This document shows, piece after piece, positions 1 through 9,273 of a stretch of 64,000 nt of DNA (the first letter of the stretch is position 1; each line of letters begins with the position of its first letter). The notes under the pieces were generated by a model that did not search any database, was not told the origin of the DNA, and saw only the letters and a list, made by a program, of their open reading frames with translations. The translations under genes were made by a program, and so were the position numbers. Origin of the DNA: Sphingomonas sanxanigenens (lineage in GTDB: Bacteria > Pseudomonadota > Alphaproteobacteria > Sphingomonadales > Sphingomonadaceae); assembly GCA_037190805.1 (NCBI GenBank), contig JBBCJR010000021.1, positions 32,735 to 96,734 of the forward strand, given 5' to 3'.

Positions 1-2369
1 TGGTTCTGATCCCGGATCAGAAAGGGCGATCCCAACGCGAAGCGATTGCCTGCGGTGTCGAGCAGATTGGTGAGCGACAGGCTCAAGCTCCGACGCGTGG
101 TGCCGATGCGTGCTTCCAGCCCCGTGTCGAGATAGTCGCCCTGCAAACGCCCCAGGATACGGCCTATACCTAGCGTCGACTGACCTATGTATCGGCCATA
201 GCCCGTCACCTCTAGCCGCGTGTCGCCGTCACCCAGCGGCGTGTTGTACGTGAAGCCGACCCGGCCACTCTTGTCGGCGACGTTGGGCAGGCGGCTCTGA
301 TTGATTTCCTGGACTGAACTGGGCAGCGTCGCGAAGGCTGGCTGCACCACGCGGCTGCTGTTGAGGTAGAAGGACGCCTCCAGCGACAGGGAAGAGGTGG
401 GGCGCCACTTGATCGCCGAGCCAAACGAGAGGACGCGGCCATCGCCGATGTTGACCGTAGTGGGAAAGCCGAAACCATCGACGACGTCGGCCTGAATATG
501 CTTCCAGTCGGTCCAGGAGGCGGTCAGCGTCGTCTCGAACCGCTCCGTGACGAGGCGCGCGCCGCCCTCCATCGTCTCGATCCGGTCACCGTTGAAGCGC
601 TGGATGAAATCCTGCCGCACCGCGATGCCGCCCGGCCGAAAACCCTGTTGATAGCGCGCGAACACGGTCCACTGGTCGTCCGGGCGATAGGAGATCGCGG
701 CTGAGGGTAGTAACCGGGTCTCGGACCGGGTGGTTTCCGCGCTGGGATCAACGCGCAGGGCGATCGCGCGCATCACGTCGGTGGCGGTACCTGACAGACG
801 CGAATGGGTCAGGCGGCCACCCAGGGTGATCGCGAAATCCTGCTGCGGGGCGATCGTGCCTTCGCCATAAAGGGTATATTCGTCGACCTGATTGCGCACG
901 CCCGTGAGCGCGGCGCGGTCGAAGTCGGTGCCCATGCGGCGCGTGACGCGGCCTAGATTGTGCAGCAGGCTGGCGCCGACCAGCCATCCCATGCCGTCAC
1001 GGTCATGCTGGGCGAGCCGCGTTTCGGCGGTCAGCATACGGATGCGATTGTCCTGCGAGTAGGCGGCGGGCAGGGCATCGAACGCGGGCGCGAGCTCGGG
1101 GCGGGCGGCGTCGATCAGGGACGGTCCTTCGAAGGTTTCGAACACGCGCTGTCCGGCATAGCCGAACGACGAGGTCCATTCGATCCGATGCCAGGACTTG
1201 CGCATGACCAGTTCGGCCAGCCAATAGTCGTTGCCATAGGGTTGGTCGATCGCGCTCGACCGCGTCAGGTCATCGCTGCCGCGATCCGCATATTGGCTGT
1301 CGTCACCCCGGATGCGTTGACCGAGGCCGCTCAGGTCGAATGTCCAGTCAGCCCCCGGCTGAAAGCGCAACGCGGCACGGCCGCCGATCGTGCGAACCTT
1401 GTTGACGTCGTCCAGGTTGCGTTGCGCATCGTCGATATAGCCGCCTTCGACACCACCGAAGACTAAGGCGCGGAAGCCCAGTCGCCCTTCGTCGAGAGGA
1501 AGATTGAGCACAGCGCCGCCATCCGCACCGGGGCTGCCGTGCTGGATCAATTGGCCGCCAGCCCAGGCATAACCGCTGACGTCCCGTAGATCGGGCGACT
1601 GAGGCACCACGCGCACCACGCCGCCCAGCGATCCTGCGCCGTAGAGCGTGCCTTGTGGCCCCTCAAGCACTTCGATGCTTTTGACGTCGTATAGCCGCAG
1701 GCTCGGGTCGGGCGCGCTGTAGGTGATACGGCTGTTGCCCCAATATTGGCCGACGGTGGCTTGCGTCGGGCCTACGAAGCTCGAATCCGCGATGCCGCGA
1801 ATGAACAGCTTGTTGCGACCGGGGCCGACATGGGTGGAGGTGACGCTGGCAGCGCGCATCTGGATCGCATCCGTGCCGCGCAGGCCGTCGGCGACGGACA
1901 AGGTCGATCCGTCGATGATCTCTACGCCACCGGGATAGCGTGACAGGGGTACGTCGCGTTTTGTGGCGGTGACCACGATGTCGGACACGCTTGCTTCGAC
2001 TGGGGGTGGCGCCGGCTCGGCGGCTGCCTGTTGCGATTTGCGAACGGCTTTGGCGAGCATCGGTCGTGGCGGTGACAGCTCGATCACATAGGTTGCGGGG
2101 GCAACTCGCCTGGCCCAGGCGCCTGTTCCGGCGAGCATCCGCTCGAGCGTCTGCGCGGTGGTATAGCGCCCCCGCACGGCACGCAGTGTCAGTTTGGCAA
2201 TGCGATGGTCGCGATAGCCGATGCTGGCACGAGTCTGCAGGCCAAGCGTGCGGATGGCGTCCGCAGCGGGCGAGGCAGAAATGTCGACATCGGCGGGGCG
2301 CTCCCGGGCGTAAGCGGGCATGGCACAGGCCAGCGCGGCAAGGGGAAGCAGCCTAGCGAGGCACGCCAT
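1..2369 (-). CDS. TonB-dependent receptor/transducer with N-terminal signalling (STN) extension, FecA-like; the last few C-terminal codons lie outside the window
   Basis: Absent from the ORF track because its stop lies left of nt 1. My translation of the minus frame from ATG 2369 stays open to nt 1. Signal peptide MACLARLLPLAALACAMPAYA; STN-like DISASPAADAIRTLGLQTRASIGYRDH; plug DIVVTATKRDVPL...IEVLEGPQGTLYGAGSLGGVV; barrel through ...NLLDTAGNRFALGSPFLIRDQN. The ATG overlaps the fecR-like stop by 17 nt. Confidence 0.85.
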   Translation of the reverse strand, partial: MACLARLLPLAALACAMPAYARERPADVDISASPAADAIRTLGLQTRASIGYRDHRIAKLTLRAVRGRYTTAQTLERMLAGTGAWARRVAPATYVIELSPPRPMLAKAVRKSQQAAAEPAPPPVEASVSDIVVTATKRDVPLSRYPGGVEIIDGSTLSVADGLRGTDAIQMRAASVTSTHVGPGRNKLFIRGIADSSFVGPTQATVGQYWGNSRITYSAPDPSLRLYDVKSIEVLEGPQGTLYGAGSLGGVVRVVPQSPDLRDVSGYAWAGGQLIQHGSPGADGGAVLNLPLDEGRLGFRALVFGGVEGGYIDDAQRNLDDVNKVRTIGGRAALRFQPGADWTFDLSGLGQRIRGDDSQYADRGSDDLTRSSAIDQPYGNDYWLAELVMRKSWHRIEWTSSFGYAGQRVFETFEGPSLIDAARPELAPAFDALPAAYSQDNRIRMLTAETRLAQHDRDGMGWLVGASLLHNLGRVTRRMGTDFDRAALTGVRNQVDEYTLYGEGTIAPQQDFAITLGGRLTHSRLSGTATDVMRAIALRVDPSAETTRSETRLLPSAAISYRPDDQWTVFARYQQGFRPGGIAVRQDFIQRFNGDRIETMEGGARLVTERFETTLTASWTDWKHIQADVVDGFGFPTTVNIGDGRVLSFGSAIKWRPTSSLSLEASFYLNSSRVVQPAFATLPSSVQEINQSRLPNVADKSGRVGFTYNTPLGDGDTRLEVTGYGRYIGQSTLGIGRILGRLQGDYLDTGLEARIGTTRRSLSLSLTNLLDTAGNRFALGSPFLIRDQN

Positions 2370-3327
2370 CGATCGGCATCGCCCTCCATGTCTGCCCCTC
2401 GCGCACGAAGCGGACGCCAAGCAACGGTCCGGCGCGTTCCATCACCTCGCCGGGTGAGCCGTTCAGCATCAACGTGCCCGAGAAGGGGAGCGATCCCGCG
2501 CTTTCGCCGATCTCGACCGGCATGCCGATGTTGCGCGACAGGTCCACCGCGACCTGACCGATCGGCGCGGCGGTATATTGCAGATAGCCCAAACGCCAGC
2601 TGCCGATTGCTTCCAGTTCGGCGGTGCGCACCACCGGAGCGGCGTTCGCCGACGCGCGGGACAGCGCTTTGCCGGCATCGAGCCGAACCTTGTGATCGGC
2701 GGTGTCGTAAATCACCACGCCTTCGGCGACGGCAACGTCGAGCGCGCCTTGCCGCTCGACCACGTTGAACACGGTGCCGGCATCGACCAACCGCGTCGTG
2801 CCGGTAAGGATGACGAAGGGATTGGCACTGTCGTGCTTGATCTCGAAGATCGCTTCGCCGCCGGTCATCTCGATCTGCCGCGGGTTATCCGGATCGAGCC
2901 GCAACCGCGTGCCGCCGTTGAGCGTCGCCCGTGAACCATCGACAAGCGCGATGACGCGCCGTTCGCCGATGCCGGTCACGATCTCGCGAGGGGCATCGCG
3001 CAGCGCCATCCAGCCGCCGAACCCCGCCAGCACAGCAAGGCTCGCCGCGATCGCTCCGCCGCCGTAGCGCAGCACGCCACGGCGTGACGCCGGCATGTCG
3101 GCAAACCGAGGCGCGGGCTGAAGGAGGGCGGCGGGGGAGGGAACCAGCAGCTGATCGGCCCATTCGGCATCGTCGAGTGCCGAGTCATAGGCGTCGGCAT
3201 GTGCCGGGTCTGCTTCGAGCCACACGGTGAAGCCATCCCAATCGGTGAACGCAGGATCGCGGACGCGGATGGCCCACAGGCGGGCCGCCTCGCGCATATC
3301 GTCCGAGAATTTCGCTTTCGTCACCAT
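2353..3327 (-). CDS. FecR-family anti-sigma factor / transmembrane sensor
   Basis: 324-aa ORF. Cytoplasmic N-terminus AARLWAIRVRDPAFTDWDGFTVWLEADPAH, single TM AIAASLAVLAGFGGWMAL, periplasmic FecR-like body. Lies between the ECF sigma gene and the FecA-like receptor gene. Confidence 0.85.
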   Translation of the reverse strand: MVTKAKFSDDMREAARLWAIRVRDPAFTDWDGFTVWLEADPAHADAYDSALDDAEWADQLLVPSPAALLQPAPRFADMPASRRGVLRYGGGAIAASLAVLAGFGGWMALRDAPREIVTGIGERRVIALVDGSRATLNGGTRLRLDPDNPRQIEMTGGEAIFEIKHDSANPFVILTGTTRLVDAGTVFNVVERQGALDVAVAEGVVIYDTADHKVRLDAGKALSRASANAAPVVRTAELEAIGSWRLGYLQYTAAPIGQVAVDLSRNIGMPVEIGESAGSLPFSGTLMLNGSPGEVMERAGPLLGVRFVREGQTWRAMPIDGVPR

Positions 3328-3354
3328 TGCCCTCTCAAAACGGAGACCTGCGTG

Positions 3355-3906
3355 CTATTCCGCATCGAATTTCGCTTTTAGTTCCGCCAGGGCCCGATAA
3401 GCTTTCTGCAGGTCCTTCTCGACCGAGCTCAGGCTGACTCCCAGTTCGCGCGCGATGGCCGACTGCCCGACGCCGTCGAGCCGGTAGCGGCGGAACACTT
3501 CGGTCACGCGCGGGCCAAGCGCTGCGAGTGCCGCTTCCGCCTGCCGCAGCTGTTCTCGGGCGATCAGCCCGCGCTCGCCGCGCGGTTCCTCGGCGGGGGA
3601 GGTGCTGACCTCGTGCCATTCCTGCTGACGGCGATTGCGGCTGACATTGCTGCGTCGCCGGTCGCGCATGACGTTCTCGGCCGCACGAAACAGATAGGAG
3701 AGCGGGTCGGCGATCGGCTGTTGCGGCACCGATACGATGCGCTGCCACAGGTCCTGCAACACGTCTTCGGCATCGTCGCCGGCACCGCGCGCGCCGAGGA
3801 ATCGCAGCAGCCGGCCGCGCTCGTCGAGCAGCACCCGTTGCAATCCGTTTTCCTGCGACCCCGACGTCATCCGTGCGCCCAAAGCATTTCTGGAAGGGCC
3901 TGCCAA
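3355..3906 (-). CDS. ECF (FecI-like) RNA polymerase sigma factor
   Basis: 183-aa ORF. Region 2-like DDAEDVLQDLWQRI and region 4 HTH GQSAIARELGVSLSSVEKDLQKA. Alternative start at ATG 3870. Confidence 0.85.
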   Translation of the reverse strand: MAGPSRNALGARMTSGSQENGLQRVLLDERGRLLRFLGARGAGDDAEDVLQDLWQRIVSVPQQPIADPLSYLFRAAENVMRDRRRSNVSRNRRQQEWHEVSTSPAEEPRGERGLIAREQLRQAEAALAALGPRVTEVFRRYRLDGVGQSAIARELGVSLSSVEKDLQKAYRALAELKAKFDAE

Positions 3907-3935
3907 GATAAATCGGGAGGCGTGTTTTGCTACGG

Positions 3936-4532
3936 CTATTTGCGTGGCGGTTCTGCGGCGATCTCGAATTTTCCCGGCAGGTCGGTGCCGAGCCCTGCCG
4001 AATCCCGCGCTATCGCAAAGGCTGAGCGGAAAGGCGGCTGTGCTGGCGCGGGCGTCCGTCGCATCGGATAGACCCTTCGGGGTGCCGGCATAGTCTCAGA
4101 CAGATAATGGAGAGGATCGACGTGGCGGCCATCGACCAGCAGTTCGAAATGAAGATGATTGCCGGTCGAGCGCCCGGTCGACCCCATGAGCGCGATCGTC
4201 TCGCCCTGCGCCAACGCCATCCCGGGCACGACGAGGATGCGCGACAAATGGCCATAGCGGGTGACCGATCCGTCAGCGTGGGCGATCTCGATCAGGTTGC
4301 CATGCCCGCCTCGCCGTCCGGCGAAGCGCACCGTACCCGCTGCTGCCGCCATCACCGTCGTGCCAGGTGGCCCCGGAATGTCGATCCCGCGATGGAGCGC
4401 AGCATCACCGTTCAACGGATCGGAGCGTGTCCCGAAATAGGATGAGATGCGCGGCAGCGCGTCGCCGCTGCGGGCCTGGACCGGCGCAGCGGCGAGCAAG
4501 GCGATGGACAAGGCGGCCAGGCGTGATCCCAT
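3936..4532 (-). CDS. Secreted M23-family (LytM-type) metallopeptidase
   Basis: Only the last 198 codons of the 713-aa track ORF look real. Signal peptide MGSRLAALSIALLAAAPVQA; M23 motifs HRGIDI and GNHLHFEL. The upstream part is antisense to two plus-strand genes. Confidence 0.8.
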   Translation of the reverse strand: MGSRLAALSIALLAAAPVQARSGDALPRISSYFGTRSDPLNGDAALHRGIDIPGPPGTTVMAAAAGTVRFAGRRGGHGNLIEIAHADGSVTRYGHLSRILVVPGMALAQGETIALMGSTGRSTGNHLHFELLVDGRHVDPLHYLSETMPAPRRVYPMRRTPAPAQPPFRSAFAIARDSAGLGTDLPGKFEIAAEPPRK

Positions 4533-4655
4533 GGCGCTGAAACGGAATCGCGCGCCTTGCTCCGCAATCGGTGCCCGCGAATTTCCCTTTACGGCTTTCC
4601 TCCAGCGGCCGCGTCTTCCTCCTAGTTCACGCTTTGCAACGAGGAGGGCCATGCC

Positions 4656-5468
4656 ATGAACCCCACCGAACACCGCATGCTCGACATGCTCAAAAAGGGC
4701 CGTGATCACTATGGCGTGGTTGCCGTGAAAGCCGAATTCGAGGCAGAAGGCACACGCCCCGACGAGTTTTTGCGCCTCCTGGAAATTACGCGCCGCGCCG
4801 ACCTCAAGGTCGCGCTCAAGATCGGTGGCTGCGAGGCGATTTCCGACCTTCACGCCGCGCGCCTCTATGGCATTGACTACATCATCGCGCCGATGGTCGA
4901 GACGCCCTATGCGCTGACCAAGTTCGCCGACGCGCGCGACAAGGTGTTCGGTGCGGGGAAAAGCGACACCGACTTCCTGTTCAATCTCGAAACCGAAATG
5001 ACCCTTCAGGCTCTGGACGCGATGGTGCCGATCGCGCGCGAGCGGGTTGACGGGATCGTGTTCGGCCGCGTCGATTTCACCCTGTCGCGGGGCATGCCGC
5101 GCGGTGCGATCAACGACCGTTCGATCACCGATGCGGTGCTGATCACCGCCGAGGCGTGCCGTGCCAACGATCTGGAACTGGTGGTAGGCGGATCGGTCGC
5201 GGTCGAGGCGCTGGATGCGCTGCGTGAAATCCGCAGCGTTCGGCTCGACCGGTTCGAAACGCGCAAGGTCGTGTTCGACGGCGCAGCAGCGGAGGCGGCG
5301 GATTTCGAGGATGCGGTGGCCAATGCAGTGGCGTTCGAGCTTGCCTGGCTGGAGAACAAGGCGGACTATTACGGCGTTATCGCGGCGGAGGATCGTGCCC
5401 GCATCACGATGATGCGCGATCGCGCCGCCAAGGCCGCTCAGCGCCGACTGACCAGTGTGGCCGCCTGA
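4656..5468 (+). CDS. HpcH/HpaI aldolase / citrate-lyase-beta-like family protein
   Basis: 270 aa, with SD GAGGAGGG upstream. IIAPMVETPYAL and FGRVDF resemble motifs of the HpcH/HpaI-CitE fold. The family call is from memory only. Confidence 0.55.
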   Translation: MNPTEHRMLDMLKKGRDHYGVVAVKAEFEAEGTRPDEFLRLLEITRRADLKVALKIGGCEAISDLHAARLYGIDYIIAPMVETPYALTKFADARDKVFGAGKSDTDFLFNLETEMTLQALDAMVPIARERVDGIVFGRVDFTLSRGMPRGAINDRSITDAVLITAEACRANDLELVVGGSVAVEALDALREIRSVRLDRFETRKVVFDGAAAEAADFEDAVANAVAFELAWLENKADYYGVIAAEDRARITMMRDRAAKAAQRRLTSVAA

Positions 5469-5471
5469 GGC

Positions 5472-6302
5472 ATGGCGTTGCTGGCAGAGGTCGCCGCGCT
5501 GATGCGCGAGGTGGCGGAGGTCGCGGTGCTGCCGCGTTTCCGCAGTCTCGCCGCGCATGAGATTGTCGAGAAGAGTCCCGGTGAGCTGGTCACCAGCGCC
5601 GATCGCGAGGCCGAATTGCGCCTGCGTGACGGGCTTGACCGGCTCGGCGTCGGTGCGCGCGTGGTGGGGGAGGAGGCCGCCGCCGAAACTCCTGCGCTGC
5701 TCGACGGGATTGGTGATGGTCTTGTCTGGCTGGTCGATCCGCTCGATGGGACGGCCAATTTCGCTGCCGGGCGGGAACCGTTCGGGATGATGGTTGCGCT
5801 GGTCGATGATGGTGTGCCGATCGCCGGCTGGATGTTCGATCCGATCAGTGGCCGGATGTGCCAAGCGGCGCGTGGGCTGGGCGCGACGATCGACGGGGTT
5901 GCGGTGCGGACCCATATCCCGACCGGAACACAGCCGGTGGCGTCGCTCGCCACGCAGTTCATGTCGGCGGACCGCCGCGCGCGCGTTCATGCACGGGCGG
6001 AGCGCGACTTTACCCTGATGCCGATCCCGCGCTGCGCGGCGGAGAGCTATCCGCGGCTGGCGCTGGGGCAAAATCACGTTGCACTATTCCAGCGCATTCT
6101 GCCGTGGGATCACGCCGCCGGCGTGCTGTTCATCGAGGAGGCCGGCGGACGTGCGGCGCATTGGGACGGCCAGCCCTATCGCGTCGGCAGCGCCTCGTCG
6201 GGATTGCTGGTCGCTGCCAGCGAGGACCTCTGGGGCCACGCCGCGAAGAGTTTTCTCGACGCGGTTATCCCCGCACAGGCGCTGCAAGTTCTCGCCGCAT
6301 GA
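5472..6302 (+). CDS. Inositol-monophosphatase-family phosphatase
   Basis: 276 aa. IMPase signature WLVDPLDGTANF and a later WDHAAG. Starts 3 nt after the upstream stop. Confidence 0.8.
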   Translation: MALLAEVAALMREVAEVAVLPRFRSLAAHEIVEKSPGELVTSADREAELRLRDGLDRLGVGARVVGEEAAAETPALLDGIGDGLVWLVDPLDGTANFAAGREPFGMMVALVDDGVPIAGWMFDPISGRMCQAARGLGATIDGVAVRTHIPTGTQPVASLATQFMSADRRARVHARAERDFTLMPIPRCAAESYPRLALGQNHVALFQRILPWDHAAGVLFIEEAGGRAAHWDGQPYRVGSASSGLLVAASEDLWGHAAKSFLDAVIPAQALQVLAA

Positions 6303-8158
6303 TCCGGATCGTATTGTTTTGCGGCGTCTCGGCCGCGCTGACGCTGGTCTCCATGCCTGTTGCCGCCCAGTTCGTATCTCCCGTCGCGAGACAGGCGCAG
6401 GGGCAAGTGGCCGAGGGCCTGCGCGTCGCGCCCAATATCGCCGTCCCGCAGGTCGAGCCGTCCGCCGGTTATCAGCCGGCGGTGATCGAGACACCGGCAA
6501 TGCCCGCCGATCAGTCCGAGATGCCTGAAGCCGTAGCCCCAGCGCCGCGGACCGCCGAGACTCCCGGCAGCGAGTTCGAACGCTATGTGTCGAGCATCGC
6601 GGGCAAGCCGCTACGCCGCTTCGGCGCCGAGCTGCTCGTGCCCGAGGCGCGGGATTTCACCGCGCCCAGCACGGTTGCGGTGCCGGTCGATTATCGTATC
6701 AACCCTGGTGATCAGCTCCAGCTCGGCCTGACCGGGTCGGTGCAGTCGTCCGCGCGCCTGACCGTGGACAGCGAGGGGCGGGTGTTCGTGCCCCGCGTCG
6801 GAGCGATTACCGTTGGCGGTGTGCGCTATGGCGATGTGCGCGCGGTGATCGCCGATCAGGTATCGCGTCAGTATCGCGGGTTCGATCTCGAAGTGACCGT
6901 CGCCCGGCTGCGCGGCATCACCGTTTATGTGACGGGCTTCGCGCAGCGCCCAGGATCCTACACGGTCAGCAGTCTGTCGACCCTGGTCAATGCCGTGCTT
7001 GCGGCGGGCGGGCCGGCGGACGGCGGCAGCTTCCGTTCGATCCAGTTGCGCCGCGACGGGAATCTGGTCTCCGATTTCGATCTTTACGATCTGCTGCTCA
7101 ACGGGAACAAGACCGGCGATGCTGCGCTCCAGAACGGTGACGTCATCCATATCGCGCCGGCCGGCGCCCAGGTCGCGGTTGTCGGCAGCGTCAACCGCGA
7201 GGCGATCTTCGAGGTCGGTCCCGGCGAGACCCTGGCCGATGCCGTGCGCTATTCGGGCGGGCTCAGCACCGTCGCTGACGACAGCCGCTTGCTGGTCTTC
7301 GACTCGCTCGGGCGCACCAATGGCTGGCAGCAGCTGACATCAGCCGAGGCGGGGGTGCGGGTCGCCAGGCGCGGTGACATCGTCCGTGTTCTCTCGGACA
7401 TCGGCATCGCGCGTCCGGTCGGCACGCAGCCCGTGCTGGTCACGATCAGCGGCGAAGTGGCCAAGCCGGGACGCTATTACGTCACGCCTGGAACGCGCCT
7501 CGCGGACGTGGTGGCGCAGGCGGGTGGATTGACCGCGCAAGCCTTTCCTTATGCCGGCGTGATCACGCGCGAGAGCGTCAAGGCGCAGCAGCGCGAGAGT
7601 TTCGACCGCGCGATCAATGACATGGAGCTCCTGCTGACCACGCAGCCACTGGTTTCGGCCAATCGCGCGCAACTGTCCACGCCGGCCAACGCTCAGCTGA
7701 TCAACGCGGCGGTCGAACAGATGCGCAAGCGCGAGCCGACCGGCCGGCTGGTGTTCGACATGCCGGTGACGGCATCGGTGCTGCCAGGCGACCTCATCCT
7801 CGAGAACAATGATAGCGTTCATGTGCCGACGCGGCCGGTGACGATCGGCGTATTCGGCGCGGTCGCCAGCCCCGCGTCGTTCGCCTATCGCGAGGGTCAG
7901 AAGATCGGCGACGCGATCCGCACCGCCGGCGGCGTCCAGAAGCTGGGCGACAAGAGCGGGATCTTCGTGATCCGCGCCAACGGCACGGTGTTGTCCAACG
8001 GACGACGTGTGATTGGTGCGCCGGCGTTGCCGGGTGACCTGATCTATGTGCCGGTCGATGCCAGCCGCGGCGAATTCTGGGCACGGCTGCGCGATATCAC
8101 CAGCAGCATCTTCACGCCCGTGATCGGCGCCGCGACGATCAGGGCGGCGGTGCAATGA
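6299..8158 (+). CDS. Outer-membrane polysaccharide export protein (OPX; Poly_export plus SLBB-like repeats)
   Basis: In-frame ATG 6299 (ATGA overlap with the upstream stop) gives signal peptide MIRIVLFCGVSAALTLVSMPVAAQ. PVDYRINPGDQLQL is followed by repeated GDxIxVP-type segments (NGDVIHIAP, RGDIVRV, PGDLIYVP). I discarded the first 147 codons of the track ORF, which overlap the IMPase gene out of frame. Confidence 0.75.
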   Translation: MIRIVLFCGVSAALTLVSMPVAAQFVSPVARQAQGQVAEGLRVAPNIAVPQVEPSAGYQPAVIETPAMPADQSEMPEAVAPAPRTAETPGSEFERYVSSIAGKPLRRFGAELLVPEARDFTAPSTVAVPVDYRINPGDQLQLGLTGSVQSSARLTVDSEGRVFVPRVGAITVGGVRYGDVRAVIADQVSRQYRGFDLEVTVARLRGITVYVTGFAQRPGSYTVSSLSTLVNAVLAAGGPADGGSFRSIQLRRDGNLVSDFDLYDLLLNGNKTGDAALQNGDVIHIAPAGAQVAVVGSVNREAIFEVGPGETLADAVRYSGGLSTVADDSRLLVFDSLGRTNGWQQLTSAEAGVRVARRGDIVRVLSDIGIARPVGTQPVLVTISGEVAKPGRYYVTPGTRLADVVAQAGGLTAQAFPYAGVITRESVKAQQRESFDRAINDMELLLTTQPLVSANRAQLSTPANAQLINAAVEQMRKREPTGRLVFDMPVTASVLPGDLILENNDSVHVPTRPVTIGVFGAVASPASFAYREGQKIGDAIRTAGGVQKLGDKSGIFVIRANGTVLSNGRRVIGAPALPGDLIYVPVDASRGEFWARLRDITSSIFTPVIGAATIRAAVQ

Positions 8159-9273
8159 CCGTGATCCTCGAACGGGCGCGCATGGCGATCGCCGACGCGC
8201 GATGGCGGCGACGCGCCTATGTTGTGCTGATGCTGGTACTCGGGGTGCTATCCGTCGTGCCGCAGCCTTACATCGCCCGCGCCAAGATCGTGCCGCAGGA
8301 CAGCAACAGCATTGGCCTGGGGTCGATGATGAACGCGCTGGGTGGCCAGTTGCAGGGTTTCGCCGCGCTGCTCGGTGGGGCCAAGCAGCCGGTCGACCTT
8401 TACCTCGCGGTGGCGCGGGGCAGCGAGGTGACCACCGCGGTAATCCGTTCGCTCAAGCTCGATGGCCCCGACCAATATGGCTCTGACCGTGCCGCGCGGC
8501 TCAAGCTGCTAAAGAAGGTCGATATTCACTCGCTGACCGGCGGCGTTCTCGAAGTCGAGGCACGCACCCATGACCCGGTCGAGGCCGAGGCGCTGACCCG
8601 TGCCTATGTCGACGCGATCACCGCCCGGCTGAACACGCTTGGCCGCGACCGCGTCATGCGTAAGCGCCAGATCGTCATGGCTCGTTTTCGCGAGGCCGGG
8701 GAGCGTGTTGCCAAGGCTGAGACCGCGCTCACCGCCTTCCGCCGCGACAATAACCTCGCCGAGCCTGAGGCGCAGCTTGGCTCGGCGCTGTCGCTGCGCG
8801 CGGGTTTACAGGCGCAGCTTCAGGCTAAACTGGTGGAGCTGCAGACGCTCCAGCGCTTTCAGGGCGCCCAGAACCCGCAGCTTCAGGCTGTTCAGTCCGA
8901 GGTCGCGGCGCTGCGTCAGCAGATCGCGCGCAGTGCCGCGCCAAGCATCGATGCCGCCGGACCCAATGTCGCCGGCCTGTCGGAAACGTCGGGCCGTTAC
9001 CTCGATCTCTATCGTGACTATCGCTTTGCACAGGCGCTGTACGAGGTTTACTCGCGCTCGTCAGAGGAAGTGGCGGTCGAGGCGCTGGCAGCGGAGACCG
9101 CGTCGGACGCGCAGGTGATCGAAGCGGCGCACGTCGATCCCGACCGCAAGTATAATATTTCCGCCGTCGCATTGCTCGCTCTGGTGATTCTGCTTGCGGC
9201 CTTCACCGAGGTCTATGCGCCGGCAACCGGCATGCGGCTGCCGCTGATCGATGGCCGGAACCCGCGACCGTGA
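8155..9273 (+). CDS. Polysaccharide co-polymerase, KpsE/CtrB-like inner-membrane export protein (no kinase domain)
   Basis: 372 aa. N-terminal TM AYVVLMLVLGVLSVV, long Q/A/L-rich coiled coil (LQAQLQAKLVELQTLQ), C-terminal TM ISAVALLALVILLAAF. ATGA overlap with the OPX gene. Confidence 0.6.
   Translation: MTVILERARMAIADARWRRRAYVVLMLVLGVLSVVPQPYIARAKIVPQDSNSIGLGSMMNALGGQLQGFAALLGGAKQPVDLYLAVARGSEVTTAVIRSLKLDGPDQYGSDRAARLKLLKKVDIHSLTGGVLEVEARTHDPVEAEALTRAYVDAITARLNTLGRDRVMRKRQIVMARFREAGERVAKAETALTAFRRDNNLAEPEAQLGSALSLRAGLQAQLQAKLVELQTLQRFQGAQNPQLQAVQSEVAALRQQIARSAAPSIDAAGPNVAGLSETSGRYLDLYRDYRFAQALYEVYSRSSEEVAVEALAAETASDAQVIEAAHVDPDRKYNISAVALLALVILLAAFTEVYAPATGMRLPLIDGRNPRP

Noticed and set aside
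960-2768. Several 70-190-aa plus-strand ORFs in the first 2.8 kb
   Set aside because: They overlap the long minus-strand FecA-like and FecR-like frames, which I translated and which show receptor and anti-sigma motifs throughout.
3936-6077. 713-aa minus-strand ORF, the longest in this area
   Set aside because: Only its last 198 codons (M23 peptidase) have a signal peptide and family motifs. The remainder is R/A/G/H-rich low-complexity sequence lying antisense to the well-supported aldolase-like and IMPase-like plus-strand genes. This is a typical spurious open frame in GC-rich DNA.
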